Shown: positions 35,077-49,920, counted from the first letter of the whole stretch. The stretch is 59,712 bases of DNA, filler included, from Dugesia japonica (GCA_001938525.1; 6 parts of 6 records of this genome joined end to end with filler, not necessarily neighbours in it); one strand, 5' to 3'. Program-made: numbers and translations. The notes: generated from the letters alone by a model not told the origin.

Positions 35077-37870
35077 CAGTTCTGTGTTTTCGGAGTTTTC
35101 AGGATTTTCAGACCCCCTAACACTCCATAGATAATCGTTGATGGCCTCTCGTAACTCGGCAGGAGCAAGTTGAGTCGCGTAAGAAAATGGTGTCACCAAA
35201 TTCCGTGTTGGGCCGTTTCAAGCGTTCTAACTCTCTCGGTTTTGGTGTTGACGGGAGGTAAATTCGATCGTTCTAATAACACCCTATTATAGGGATTAAC
35301 ATATCGCCTAAATATCATGCGACGAGTTTGACGATAACATACCAATTCTCATTTATATTCAACTAGAAAAATGAATAAAAATAAAAGATTGAAAATATAA
35401 TTAGACATTTATTTAACAAAGATTAACTAAAAGTAAGAAATTGATTTGGAATTTATTTTATGACACATTTAAAGATTACATGGGATTGAAGTTACGAATC
35501 TCAGTCTAAATCCACTTCGACCCGGAGAAGTAACATCTCCAGAAAACAGTTCAGATCTGTTTCATCTGGGTGCTCCATCAGCTCCGTAAAAAGAAGATGA
35601 GCAATTAATTGTTTTTAACGGGCTGAATTTCTTTGCGAATGAGGCAAAGAGTGCCTCTTAATACTGCGGGCATGATTCTAAAGGTAGTACTATACCGATT
35701 GTTTAGCGTTCAACGCGATTAATATATCCACTGAGGTTGGTATTTGTTCTTACTACCTGGAGTTTCCTGAAAAGATAACAAAAAATTTAGAGAAGTGCTC
35801 TACAGTCAATTGAAAGTCCTAATCATAGTTATTTTATAATGACGACAACGACACTAACATTATTAAAACAAACAGGAGGGTCACATTTATAATGATAACC
35901 TTATTGTTTGATAATAATATTGAAAAAAGATAACAAGGGTAGTCCCCACCAAGCTCATAATCACAACACCAACAATTATGACAAGAGTAAATGCGAAACG
36001 TAATCACAATAATAATAATAATAATAATAAAATCAATAACAATAATTGATAATAATAGTAATAAATATATTGGGGACCATAATAGTAATTGAGTTGATAG
36101 GAAATATACTACTGGAATATATGTTATTAATAACTCCTAAGATGACTATGTTAATGTTGATATTAAAACTCGTGTCACTGACAAAAATCATCATAATAAC
36201 AATGACAGTAATAATGTCAACAGCGATGATAATAAAATTAATCATGCATATCTTAATACCAGAGTTGAACCAATTACCGTACTGGGTAACTCATAACTTC
36301 TTACTAAATTTTAACCTGAATGATAATACCGATCTCTTTGTTAATAATAATAAATTACTGGCAAGAGTTTGAATAATACTCGATATAGTAATACTAAATT
36401 GCTTGATGAGGATAATATGAATGATATCGCAATTGTACTCGTGTAATATGCTCTAATCTTATTAATCAATAACTAGGTGGAAATAGATACAGCTAAACTC
36501 GGACACATTATCTGCTTTCAGTAACGATTTTAATATAGTTAGCAAAATCTCTAACTGTTATGAGAGCAACTTATTTTTAGTAATCCGATGATGATGTTGA
36601 ATGGCAGAAAATCACATAATCATTAGTATGAATCGACAAACAGCTTATTTTTTAACAGCACGTTTTATGTTTGGGAAAAGTGGCAAACAATATTTTAGCG
36701 CATATGCAGCGATTCTATCACCGATGACTTAGTCATTGGTTTCTATGTTGTATGATTACCTCATCTATTTACCGATATCGATCGTCGTGAACTTCTCTCA
36801 CAAACACAGTTAAATCAGCAACTCTGCAGAAAATAGATGTCTAGCAGTTGTCACTGAATTTTTTAATCGCAACTCCGGTTATGTAATGAAAATAATTATG
36901 GTCGATTATTCTCTGGAATTAATATTCATAAATTTTATCCTCATAAAAGAATTGTTATCAATAATCATTTATTCAATTAAACATAGTTCATAATAACATT
37001 AACAAAATTAAACATTTACTTACTGGTTTAATTACTGATTCTGCCAGGGAGTTGACAAAGAAATATTATCGATCCCACCAAAATGAGTAAGTGATTTTCG
37101 ATTGAATTAATTGAAAGATGTTTCACCTTCTTTGGTTCTTAAAAATGTTAGATAAAATTTTCCGTGTTAACGTAATCTGTCTTAATAAAAAAATAGATTT
37201 TAAAGGGTAATTTTAACCAAAATCACGGGGATTTTATGCCTTTTCTATTACACCCCGACTTAGTCTTCATTGGCTCTATTTTTATTTTCGTTTTAACATT
37301 TCTGATTGGCACTAGCTCTAACATTTTCAGACTTTCTACAATTTTCTAACATTTCGGTAGTGCCTAATTTTAGAGCACCTGCTGACTTCTTATTTCTTGT
37401 TATCAGTTTTTTTTTGGCCTCTCATTGACTCAATCTTTAAACGCTCTTTTCAATAGAGAGAACACTTTCTTGTTTCGGAAATCAATTCCTCCATGTTAAT
37501 CCCTTTCTGAATTTTCTTTCCCGGGCCTCCTCCGGTTTTCCTGAGCCAAGATATTCCCTTTTAACCGATTTTCTCGTAATTAATTTTCTTTTTCTGCCAA
37601 AATTAATTAATTTATTTCAATAATTTTCCACGTAATTATGAAAACTTTTTTCTTGTTTCTTTTATTATTAATTATGATCACTTAATTATAATTATTTCAT
37701 CTCGTCTTTATTGTGCCAATATACCATTTCTTCTCAATTTTTTAGCTATTCTGATCTTCTTTTCGTTATTTATTTCAAAATATTAATGGACTGAAAATTA
37801 TTGTAGGTTTAATACTTCTTATTACTCCATTTTTGGGCTTTCAATTGCTTTTTCTTTGGTGCACCCCAAC
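35077..37870 (-). mobile_element. Orphan A-B-C cassette, copy 2 (truncated at the join before ORF C)
   Basis: CCAAT x2, GTCGGGGTGTA, CATAAAA, CCCTGGCAGAA...|GTAAGT at 37023; ORF A 35673-35501 (KQLIAHLL...EHPDETDLNCFLEM); ORF B 35362-35077 (RQTRRMIFRRYVNPYNR...NLPP...AINDYLWSVR). Confidence 0.75.
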
Positions 37871-40800
37871 AATAATAATGATATTAACAACATAACCACA
37901 ATCATGCAATAAAACAAATAAAGCAAAACACTGAATAAAAAATTCATGCAAAATTAAAATCAATCATAAATTTGACAAAAGCTTGAGTTAATGATCAATA
38001 TTTCACATTTATGGCTGACCAGATCCCAACAAGTAAATAAAATCATTTAAAATATAAATAGGTAAATAAAATCATTTCAAATATCACAATAATTATAAGC
38101 AATGCACAAATTCTCACTACTTTCCGAGATCATCCACTCATTTCTCCTAAAAATTCATTTTATCTTGAGTTCTTATTAATTTCTGGACTTCATATTCGCT
38201 TCATATTTCATTTTTATCATGTTAGTAATTTTATTGAAATTCAGTTCTGTCGTCTAGTGGTGGTTGAACCTTCTCTGAACACATTAAGAAAAAGAAAGCA
38301 TATTAATTAAATTTTATTTTTTCAACACTAAATGGTGTTAACTACTTTATACAAATCAATTTCTACCTTTATTGGTACATTTGTTTGCTCCTCGTCTTCT
38401 TTTCTTTGTTTCTTGTGGTCATTTCCTCTTTCATTTGTACAAAATTGAAAAATATCCGATAATTATAAAGTTATCATTATTCTTTAACTTTTTGAATATT
38501 TCATTTAAATTAATTTTTTTGCATGGAAATTCATGTAGTTTTTCATATTTCTGTATTTAATTTAAAAATAAGTTTCCGATTGTTTCTTTGTTCAACTCCT
38601 ATTAGTATTATTACCAAAACATGCATTACAACTTTGTTTTAAAATCTCATTAAATATTTTTCATTTGGACAAAAAAATAAATTCTGAAGTTGACTGAAAA
38701 TCTTTTGTTTTCGATGGCAAATGACAAATATTCTTTATTTATGTAGGCTCCATGTAATTATTCCATACATGATGCTTTAAGATTTCGTGATTCCTATTTA
38801 GAAGTGTTTATTTTTCAATCTTGTTTCTATGTAAATCATTTCTGTCGCATTATCTAATTATAAAACTATTTTTCAAAGTTCATAAAGTTAAATCTTGAAA
38901 TTTGTATTGCAAAATTTTTTAGAAGTTCTTAAGAAAATAGAAAAACAATTTTTGTAATCTATTTTCATTTTGTCATTTTATTTGTTGTTTTCTTCTACAA
39001 ATTTTTGTTCAAAGCAAAAATTAACGTATGAAATTTGAGTTATTTATATTTAAATATATTTTGTAATTATACTCAGTAACTGAATATTTGATTATTAAGG
39101 TCATCATCCCGATTAACCAACCAACTAAGGACACTCACAATATAAAGATGTTATTCCAGGGGATCATCAAATTGAACTGATATCCACTAATAATTACACC
39201 ACTACTAAAAAATCGATAGTGTTGGTCACAAACCACTTTTAATGCAAATATTGTCGATTATAACAAATGCGCTATTCTTTACTGATACAATCATCTCACG
39301 ACTTAAAAATTAATTACTTTTATCTAAATAATTTTGGAATGGAAAGGACTTTCTCAGACAGGTTTATTATAGAGAATCCTTACTGAGCCCCTAAAATTCC
39401 TTTTGGGTTTCGAGGCTATTAATGTTATTTTCTTAAATCTTTTTTTCTTCTCAATCGTTCTTCTTAACATTATTCTTTTTGAGATGTCTTTGGGATTTCG
39501 CAAGGGCAAATCAACGATATTTTACGTGAGTTCTAATGAGCTATTTTAAAATGAAATCCAATTAACGTTTACTTATAACTATCGTGATATCTCTTTCCTT
39601 ATATTCTACTATGTTTATTCATATTCTTATAAATAAGATATATAGTGTCCTTTTTTATTATTAACTAAAGAATAATTTTTCAAAGTTTTATTGAAATTCA
39701 ATGTATCAATTACAAGCGTTATTAATTTTTTTCCCTGGGTCTGTTACTAGAGAAGTATTAGACCTCTTTGAGAATCTAAAATCGGGCAGTAAGTAATGGA
39801 TTTATTTACGTTTCTATACTAATTCTTACTCGTATGTACACGAGTAACATGAAAAATATAAATATTTACAAACAATTATGAAAAATTTAAAATCGGATTA
39901 AAATCATATTAAATCGGATTTAATTTATTTTATGAAATTAATAAAAAGTATTAGAATTTATTAGTTTAGTTTATATTACTGTTTAAATCTTTATAAAATG
40001 CTAGCTTATTTCTCCAATTAATGAACTTGCTATTTTTATATAAATGTAAATTAGAATTCAGATATCAAACGATACTGAAGAAGGCTCAACCACCAAGCAT
40101 CAATGACTCGTCAAAAATCTTTCTCGTATCATCCCATGTTAACATTTTCAACTGTTATCAATTCATGCCCATCATTTTACCATAATAGTCCTTCTCAACA
40201 TTAAACAGTTTCTTTAATTAAATTAATTAAATGTTTCAAAAAAAAAAATAGGTAAAAATAATAATGGCAAACTTACATCATTTTCATGAGAGTTTTTCTG
40301 GGTCAACATTCGGTACAGTTGTTGATCTAAATGAAAATTTAACTATCAATCACCAAAAATAACAAAACAAATTTTCTTAACTAATTTTTGGATATATTAA
40401 TAGGTATAAAAACAATCCAACAGCTTAAAAAATAAATTGAAATTATTATCAAGAACAATTTTAATTCAAATAATAATTTACAATATTACTCTTAATTAAC
40501 AGACCATCGATTATTCATCATCATCGACGGAGCTGGATCTTCTCCATAATATTTCTCATTTAGCACCAGTGGAGATCTCATTGCCATTTAGATCCACTCT
40601 GTTTTTCTTAACCTGAATCCGGTGTTTCGTTCCATTCCTGTTACAATTAATGATAGTTTGCGAGAGTCCGACTCCTTCCTGATGATGAATGGTCCTCCTG
40701 TTTTCATAAATCCGATGGTATCCTTACTCATTAAATATCTAAATGTACCTCAACCAGTGTCAAATATTAATAATATATTTAATTCTAAATTTAACCTATA

Positions 40801-41387
40801 TAACTTCAGAACAAATAAATCGGATTGCAAATTAATAAATTATCAATAAGAAAGTCAAACAGTTTTCTAAGTGAAAAAAGGCAACTCTCAATCTCTTCGA
40901 TACATAGCAAATTATAAAGTAAACAACCAATAATTGTGGTCCTAAAGAGGACCATGACTCGTGCGCAGTTTCGGATTTAAGTAAGTAATTTGAGTCGCTC
41001 TCCATAAGTTTTCCAAGCCAGTTGGTTGTACTATCGCTACACTTAAGTTTGAATAAAATGCCCGATCTAAATTCGGCAGATGATAAAATGTAACAGGCCT
41101 TGAGAAGTCATTTTTATTGATAATTCTTTCCTTTTTTCTGTATTCTCCAAAGTGTAATCCTTAGAGTGTTATATAGACTTGTTATAAAAAAAATCAACCT
41201 TGTTGGAAAATTTGTTAGAAAACTCACTAATACGGCCTATTTCAACACCTCTCCTAATAATTTGGATTTTTAAGGATTGGCTATTTTTTGACTGATTTGA
41301 CCTTTCTCTTTTCTAATGTCCACTGCTTTGTAGCTTGGAGAGTAATTCCTTGGCAACTGTAATTATTGGCCATTTAAGGATCGAAAA

Positions 41388-41910
41388 ATAGAAGCAAATT
41401 ACGAATAAGTATTGTATTTCAAGAGCAACTCACAAAAGGATATTAGGTTTCAGACAGCGAAATTGTATGAAGAATATTACAGTTTGGAAGACCATTGCAA
41501 ATAAGTATTGTGTTTCAAGTGTAAATGAAAAAGGATATTACGCTTTAGACAGCGAAGTTATACAAAGATTATTACTGTTCAGAAGCAAATTGCGAATAAG
41601 TATTGTATTTCAAGAAGCAATCATAAAAGAATATTACGTTTTAGACAGCAAAATTATACAAAGATTGTTATAGTTCAGAAGCAAATTGCGAATAAGTATT
41701 GTATTTCCAGAGTAAATCACATAGGGTTATTATATTTCATATAGCAAAATTATACAAAGATCATTACAGATTAAGAGTAAATTACAAGAAAATTGCAAAT
41801 AAGTTATTAGATCTCAAGTGCGAATTACAAAAGGTTATTACATCCCATAAGCATATTACATAATTACAACTGAATGATTGTATCTCATAAGCAAATTACT
41901 AATAGGTAAT
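41388..41910 (+). repeat. ~96-bp tandem array (about 5 copies)
   Basis: agaagcaaattgcgaataagtattgtatttc-type units at about 41390, 41486, 41581, 41677 and 41773. Confidence 0.85.
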
Positions 41911-42347
41911 AAATCAATTATTAAATCAAATATAAAATTCGACATTAAATCAAGTTATAAAATTATAAAAAAATTATAATCAAAATACAAAATCAGTCAG
42001 TAACTGCAATATAAAAACGAAGAACATCATAGGGTTAAAATGCGACTTTAAAATGAATCCCCAGTGATAGTAAGTTATGAATCAGGTATCAGCAGAAAAC
42101 AAGTAGATGTTAATCAGCAGCCCTAATAAAGAGTTCGACGGGGACGTCGAATTTAAACAAACCGAGTGTGGGTGAAGAGATGAAACTGACTTTAAAAATA
42201 AAGAATAAATGGTTAGGGGGGGGGTAATAATGTGTTTCAGGTACCAAACATTCGATGGAGCAAGCACAATTGAGTCGAAAATCGTTGTACCAATTCGTAT
42301 TATCCAAGTAAATTAGTGTGTAATTATGTATAATTTAGAAATCTAAT

Positions 42348-42985
42348 ATGAATAAAGAACGGAATATGCAAAGAAAATCATTAGAACGTTATCGCGGTGA
42401 ATCCTTCAAAGGTAATCCCGAAGAAATAAATGAGTTTCTTCTAAGCTATGAAGAGCATGCCAAAGCTTTTGAGTGGGAAGAAAAGGCTATGGGAGAATCG
42501 TTCAAATCATGGAATCAGATAGAACAATTACTACGAAAAAACTTTGAAATCCCTAGAGAATTCCAACAAGCATTGAGAGAAGTAATATACTGTAAACAAG
42601 AAGAAGAAGAAAACTCAATACTATATACCATTCGGTTTAGACAACTCCTTCCGACGGAACATTGGTCTCCCGAAAAGGATAGTGCATGAATAAATCCCTA
42701 CATCGAGTGAATCTGGGATAAACAATTACAACCATTCATCAAGAATCGAAAATCTCAAACCTTAGATGAAGCTATCAAATTACATCAAGAACATGAACCA
42801 GCAACACAACAACTAGACATACAACTAAGACGATGTAGTAAATGTCGACGCAATGGTCATCAGGAAAATGATTGTCGTTATGTAAAAAAAGAGTGTGGGA
42901 AATGTGGACGTAAGGGACATAGAAGCAAGGAATGCACGAATGCACCACTCATTTGTCGTTATTGTCAAAAAACTGGTATTACAAA
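42348..42985 (+). pseudogene. Gypsy gag with CCHC zinc knuckles
   Basis: EEINEFLLSYEEHAKAFEW; CSKCRRNGHQENDC, CGKCGRKGHRSKEC, CRYCQKTG. Confidence 0.8.
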
Positions 42986-43489
42986 TGAAAAGTAATCAAC
43001 AAATAATCACTCGACTAAGAGAAGCCCTAGCTAAACTAAAACTCATTGGAGAAGAAAACTCACCAGAGGAAATCATGTAAAATGAGAATAAAATAACTCC
43101 AGAAGATAAAACAAACAAAATGAGCATTTAGCCGTAATAGAAACTCAAGATGGCAGATTTAGCTTTTCATTTATAATACGAATTAACAACCAACCGATTT
43201 GCCATTTAGATCAACTTTGTTTTTCTTAACCCGAATCCAGTGTTTCGTTCTGTTGAGATACTTTGGGGGATTAATTGCCAAAATAAATTAATAATACGTG
43301 AGTTTAAGAAAGTTATGATAATCCCAATAATATAGTTATATTGTTAATCCTATATGCCTTAATATAGCTAATATAGANNNNNNNNNNNNNNNNNNNNNNN
43401 NNNNNNNNNNNNNNNNNNNNNTTAATTAATTAANNNNNNNNNNNNNNNNNNNNNNNNNNNNNNNNNNNNNNNNNNNNTAAAAGGTAATT

Positions 43490-44150
43490 TAATTACTGTA
43501 TTTGTCTTTTGTTTGATTTTATTAAATTCTGTATTTGATGATAGATATTTACATACAATTTTATTTGATAACCGTTATTTAGAAATTTATTTTTTATCAA
43601 CCTGAGGGAATTCAGTCTCATTTCTTCGTTTGAAGATAGTCCTTCAGCTCTTATTCGAACAATGCCTGCGTTTGTAATAAGTCTAATGTAATTTCTGTGT
43701 GTTTTAAACCTTTTTTTCGATGTTAAAGCAGAAGCGGAGACAAAATATGTCGAATCTAATTTATTTATTGTTCTAAATTTTTCAATTGCATTAGCCATAA
43801 AATGTATGTCTACTTTGTTATATAGGATTGTGTAATCAAGGAAATTTTGACATTTAAATATCCGATAAACGTCTTCGTATCTTTTATATTCATCTTCAGT
43901 TATTACTTTCCCGTGTAATGCTAAATAAAACGATTCTATTGGTTGAGGACAAGATCTACCATTTAAATAATAATGCTTTTCATAATATTTCGTTGGATTA
44001 TCAATCCACTCCTATGGATATACTTCTTTTTCCTTTATTATTTCAGATAAAGCATCAGAAGAAACTGATTCAAGAATTGCTGATTCTATATTTAATCCTC
44101 CACTTACTTTATTAGTTATTTCTGTATTTATAGGATTACCTATAATATCA
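43490..44150 (-). pseudogene. Polinton DNA polymerase B fragment
   Basis: PQPIESFY...ITEDEY...FKCQNFLDYTILYNKVD..MANAIEKFR..LDSTYFVSA. Confidence 0.75.
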
Positions 44151-44199
44151 CTTGTCGTATTTTTTAAACTTAATCTTACTACAATTGATAATAAAGAAA

Positions 44200-45015
44200 A
44201 AAGATTGTGTACTAGTGGTGAAGATGTTATTCAAATATATGAAAAAGAAAACATGCATATTAAATTGATACATCATGACAATGAATTGAACTTTGAGAAT
44301 CTTGAAGTTGCAAAACGATTTGGATTCACTGCTTTAAGAATTGATATAGATACAGATTCTATCATAACATTTCGAGACTTTAAAAGCAATGATTAGATAG
44401 AAACCATAAAAATAAAGTTATTGCACATAATGGAATTGGATCAATTGAAAAATTACTTTATGGAAAATTGTTATAATATATTTAAAACGCTTCATCTAAA
44501 AACGGATGAACCATTTCGATTTTCACTGTAAGATAATGTTAAATTTGTCAAATTTGATAAAATCCTAACAAAACCACTAGGATTAGTCAAACCAAGTATT
44601 TCCAGGGCAAAATAACTACAACTCAACCAACTTTTGAATTCACTGCACCTAAAAAACAGAAATTGTTGAACTATCTTCATCAAATATTTATATATAGTAA
44701 TATTGTTGAACCTGTTATGGTTGGTGATGTTAGTGTTTCTTTGTTGAAATCCTTATGGTTGGAGAATTATAAAGATGATCAAGAATCTCAGATGATAGTC
44801 AAGAATCCAATGTATTTACCTATCGCAACATCATGTATAAACAATAAAAAAATCAATATATGAGATAATAACGGTTATTTAATTAACTTTGCTGAAGACT
44901 CAAAAACTCATTTACCACTACATTTTAGAAAATTAAATATCTAATCCTGATATTGTAGCATTATATAGTACCAGTCAAGCTGGTGGAGAATCACCTTACT
45001 TAGTAGGAAAGCATG
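44200..45015 (+). pseudogene. Polinton penton plus start of the downstream small ORF
   Basis: IFIYSNIVEPVMVGDVSVSLL...NPMYLP...INF...LHFRKL then SNPDIVALYSTSQAGG. Confidence 0.8.
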
Positions 45016-45439
45016 ACGATTTTAATCAGGCATTTGTTCTTCATGACTGACGTTTTCTTCTTCTATTATTTCTTCATTAAGTTTTCCTTTCTCGATGTTT
45101 TTAATTTATTTTGATATATCTTAATTTTTCGAAAACATTTCCCACTTGAGCAGCGTCCTCAAAGAAAATTTCAAAGTTTAACATTTTTTTTAAAAGTGAA
45201 TTTACTTTAAAAAACATGACCTATTTATATAATTTAAATTAACAATCATATCATTTAAAATGAAATATATCCAATCATATTAATAAAAATAAATAATGAC
45301 CAATCATAAAAACAACATCTAATCATATCCATTAAAACAGGTAAGGTCCAAAAAAACTACCAAATATCAAAACTACCAAATAACAAACTTAATTTTCTTT
45401 TACAATAAACAAGTGTGGTCCTAAAAAGAATCAGTTTTA

Positions 45440-46620
45440 AATTTTTAAAAGAAATTAGAAAAGGGGATAAAATATTTAAATGAAATTAAAAAAAGGGATA
45501 AAATTTTTAAAAAAGGAGATAAAATATTTTAGAGAAAATAAAATTGGGGAAAAAATTTTTAAAAGAAATTAAAAACAGAGATTAATTTTTTTAAAGAATT
45601 TAAAAAAAGGGATAAAATTTTTGAAAAGGGGATAAATTTTTTAAAAAGAGGATAAATTTTTTTAGAATTAAAATTGTGGATAAATTTTAAAATAAATTAA
45701 AAGTGGGGATAAATTAAATTAAATTAATTAATTAAATAATTAAATTAATATATTAAATAAATAAATTAAATAATTAAATTAATTGATTAAATAAATTAAA
45801 AGTGTGGATAACTTTTTAAAAATAAATTAAAAGTGGTGTTTAATTTTTCCTGTGTGTTTAGTTGGGAATTTATTCGGTGAGGTGGAATGAGGTCAATTTT
45901 TGATTTNTTCAGGTGAATTTGGTCAGAAATTTTCTCGGTGACGTCGAATGTAGTCAATTTTTGACTGGTTTAGGTGAAATTGGTCAAATTTTTCCTCAGT
46001 TTTGGTCAGTTTGGGTAATATTTGGTCAAGATTTGGTCCAGTATTTAATCGGGAATAGTAACTTGGTTTATTTTTTGTCAATATTGGTCAAATATTTCCT
46101 CGGGATATCTCGGATTGGGTAATTTTTGGATGATTTAGTTGAAATTGGTTGAAAGTTTTCTCAATGAGGTAGAAATATGTCAATATTTAAATAATTTAGA
46201 GTAAATTTTAGTTGATTTGGTCAAATAATTCCTCGGGATGGCTCGGATTGGGTAATTTTTGGGTGACTTGGTCTAATTTTTCCTAAAGATTGGTCAGTTG
46301 GGTTAATCTTTGGACAATCTTAGTCAATTATTTACCCACATTAGTCAGTTTTGGAAGATTTGATCGAATATTTCCTCTGGATTGGTAATTTTTGGATGAT
46401 TTGGTCTAATATTTCTTCCAGGTTGATCACTTTAAGTAATTTTTGTGTGGTTTAGGTAAAAATAGTTGAAAATTTCTCGGTGAAAGAGAATCTGATCAAA
46501 CTTGGTTTGTTTTAGGTTAATTTGGTCAAATATATCCCCGGGAATTATTAATTTGGGTAATTTTTGGGTGATTTGGTTAATTATTTCCTCGGGAATGGAC
46601 AGTTTGGGTGGAATTTTAAG
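45440..46620. repeat. A-rich ggggataaaattttt array followed by a degenerate ~40-bp tttggtcaaatatttcctcggg array
   Basis: Visible periodic units; related to 1413-1780 in reverse. Confidence 0.7.
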
Positions 46621-47039
46621 GAAATTCATGATAAAAGTCAAATTTGTTTAAATTTTGAAGTTTTTAAAAATTTTTTATCTGAGTGTTTTATCGGAATCTT
46701 GGCAAACCGTTCATGTTGTTTAAATAATATGAAAATTTTAAATTTTTTAAATGAAATTTTTATGTGAGTCTGGGTGAACAGTCTAAATATTTCGAAAAAA
46801 TATGTTCTATATCTCAGATTCCAAAGATTTTTATACCAAACTGTTGAGATTTTTTTAAAGATTACTAAAGAGTGTCATAAATATTGTCAGTATTTGAACC
46901 ATTTTTCTCAATGTATTCTTTTCCTTGAATGATGCTAGAATGCCTCGTAAGTGGTATTCATTTTGCAATAATCTTGCACTTGTATTGTACTTATACTGTA
47001 CATGTAATGGACTCAGTATATTGTATATTCATCTTGCAT

Positions 47040-47370
47040 ACTTCTATGCAACATTATAAAATGTTTTAATACTTCTATACAATTTCATAAAATAATTTGT
47101 GATTACTTTGCAATTTATATAATTATTATCGACTACCTTGAAATTTCAGATACTTTTTATCACCTACCATGCAATTTAATAAAACAATTTGTGACTTATA
47201 TGCAATTTCATAAAATATTTAGAGACTTTTAGTCATTTTTAGATTTATTTTCCTATTATTTTACATATGATTTTGAAACTATTATCAACTTCGATGAAAT
47301 TGCAGATTATTTTTATTGACTACTATGCAATTTCATAAAATGTTTTTCGACTAGTATAAAATTTCAGATT
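47040..47370. repeat. Degenerate ~30-bp tandem repeat
   Basis: Recurrent atgcaatttcataaaat. Confidence 0.6.
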
Positions 47371-48099
47371 GAATCTCACGATTTCTGGTAAATTCTATAA
47401 TACTACATCCTTCTTGTTCTCATTCGCACTATCTTTTTCATACTTATTCCTTCTTACTTACTCCTTCTCACTCTTATTCATTTCTCTTACTTAAAGCAAA
47501 GAAACTTACTAAGAATGAAGTAAAACATAATTTGAATAAAACATAATTGAATAGGTATTACTTGCTTATCCCAGTATTGGTCTAAGTTCTGAAAATATCA
47601 ATACATTCTAAAATATTAGAGCATACTTACAATAATTGACTTATTGAATGCATCTGATTTAATGGTATTGTATTCAATGATAAAACCAATATTTCCATGA
47701 AAACCCCAATAGACACTTCAAAATTTACAAATATTGCTCTAAAAACCTCAAATATTCATGAAATATTCAATAAGTACTTGCATAAAACCTATATAAAACC
47801 ATTCAAATTTATTATAACATCATATAAACTCAGATAATATTCTAAAAAATTACGACTTTAAACTCCACATATCCTGTAAATTCACAAATACTAAATCGCA
47901 TATCTCTTGTATTCCTACATCTACAGAGAAATTTCTTTATTTTATTGCACATTTTCGTAATACTATAATTAAGTTCATTGCTAGTTGCCAGTTTGTTAAT
48001 CCTTCTCTTAGTGCTGCTGTTAGGACTATAAATTCTACACTTTTAACTTTTATTGAGTTTAATGACAATCTGATTTTAAATCTAAAGGGATTTTTCCGT

Positions 48100-49060
48100 A
48101 TGAGTTTTCTTCAAGTTTGCAAGTATTAAAGAAAACCTATGAAATGCCTGTTAAATGGGATATTTTTACAGATGAATCTTATAATAATGTGGGATATAAC
48201 AAGAAAAGTCACCACATAGAGGACTGTTACACAAATATGAACAGACCAGAAAATAATACGGAAATAACAAAGAAAGATATTATTCAAACAATATGAATAA
48301 TTATACAAAAAGAAATGGAAGTCACGTTAATTCAATTGAAGGAAATGGAAAAGATTGTGAATGTAGAGAATACAAAAGTCACCATTGTAATAAAGGATCA
48401 AATATCTATCAAGATGAATAAACAAATAACCAAGATCTGACTGAAGTCGAGATTTTTGGAGNGTTAAATTAAGTATACCACATAATTGCAGTATTGTTAA
48501 TTATAGTAAAAGTAGTATAAATAATTATATAAATAAAAAAAGAAGATAAACGAGTAGATGAGTACAATGATGTAAAAGAAATAGTTTACAAGTTTGTAAA
48601 CAAAGAATTTATTAGAGGCCAACAAAATATGATCAATTATATAAATGGAGAAGAAAACAATGAAATCCTGACGATAGAAAAAAACCGATAGGGGAGCAGT
48701 TAAGACAAGATGTCAGGTATAACAAGTATAACGGTTGAAATACAAGGCGTAAATATTAATTGCTTGCTAGACAATGGATCAAAAGTTAATTTAATGAATT
48801 TGAGAATTTTGGAAAGATTGAGAAAAGTCAGTATATTAAAAAATGAATATAATTTAAGATGTACCAATAATAGCCCACTCGAAATCTTAGGTACGATAAA
48901 AAAATTCGAGAATAAAAGTGACACAGTTAAATTCATTGTAGTAAAACAGATAAATAAAGATCTAATCGGATGAATATAATTACAAAAAACTTTGGATTCA
49001 AACTACTGAGAGAAATTGAAAGTGCAATTAATGAAATTTATATGTGTAATATAAACGCAA
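48100..49060 (+). pseudogene. Gypsy gag/aspartic protease remnant
   Basis: VEIQGVNINCLLDNGSKVNLM...LEILG...FIVV...LIG. Confidence 0.75.
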
Positions 49061-49147
49061 TAAAACGAATGAAAAATGAGTACAGAGAGCAATAAAAATA
49101 CTGATTATTATTTATTATTTTTAATATTTTCTTCTTGGTCATTATTT

Positions 49148-49330
49148 GACTTCACTATAGAAGTTGAAAAAGAAGGAAATCGAACATTCTTAGATGTTCT
49201 TGTTTGTAGACAGGGTTGCCACTATAATACTTTCCTTTATAAAAAACCAACAGACACAGGACTTTATAACACTCTTAAACGTTTTTGTGATGATCGATAT
49301 AAGAATGGATTAATGACGCCCACGCACAAA
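49148..49330 (+). pseudogene. Penelope RT C-terminal fragment
   Basis: FTIEVEKEGNRTFLDVLV...TFLYKKPTDTG. Confidence 0.8.
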
Positions 49331-49334
49331 ATTT

Positions 49335-49446
49335 GAATTTTGCAAAATATATTCAAAAAAAAGTTCCAAAAGAAATCTTAAAACAACAACCGGCCGAAAA
49401 GAATTTTCCCTGGGGCGGTGGCTTATTGCGCTACTATCCGTCTACA
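49335..49446 (-). mobile_element. Polinton-like terminus
   Basis: End reads TGTAGACGGATAGTAGCGC...cccagggaaaatt (minus), homologous to 8300-8370. Confidence 0.6.
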
Positions 49447-49619
49447 CTTATCATTTTGTAAAGAAAAGTTCAACATTTATTTTATTTATTATTTTTAAAA
49501 ATTTCAAAACTTATGAATTATTTTTTTAAATAATTTTCATACTTATGATTTTTTAAAGAAACGTTTAATAGAATAAATAAATATATTTCAGATTCTAGGG
49601 AAAGAGTGAGTGTTACAGT

Positions 49620-49920
49620 AACTAATGTTGAAAAAAAACCATATATTTAATTGATGTCAAATGCCCAATACACTATTTTGTAGAATGTAACAAAAGAAAT
49701 TTAGATAAATATGATCTACTTAAAAATAAAGTGAAAATAGCGAAGCCTGACTTTGAAGTAGAATTATATACTTGCATAATTTGATCACTTGGCTCAATTC
49801 CAACCCCAACCATCCGAATTCTGGAAAAAATTATCAAAAACAAAAATATAATTAAAAGAATATTAAAAGATTGCTACAAATCAAATATAGCCTACTCTGC
49901 AGAAATATAGACGTTCCACA
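49620..49920 (+). pseudogene. Restriction-like endonuclease remnant of an R2/R4/NeSL-type non-LTR element
   Basis: LIDVKCP...NKRNLDKYDLL...VELYTCII*SLGSIP. Confidence 0.6.

Larger units (their letters stand above)
40935..43260 (+). mobile_element. Gypsy-type element remnant: putative LTR, tandem array and gag
   Basis: TGTGG-initiated LTR-like segment, 96-bp array, gag with zinc knuckles; boundaries uncertain. Confidence 0.5.

Noticed and set aside
41388-41910. CRISPR-like array
   Set aside because: Whole 96-bp units are homologous with no unique spacers; eukaryotic context and no cas genes.
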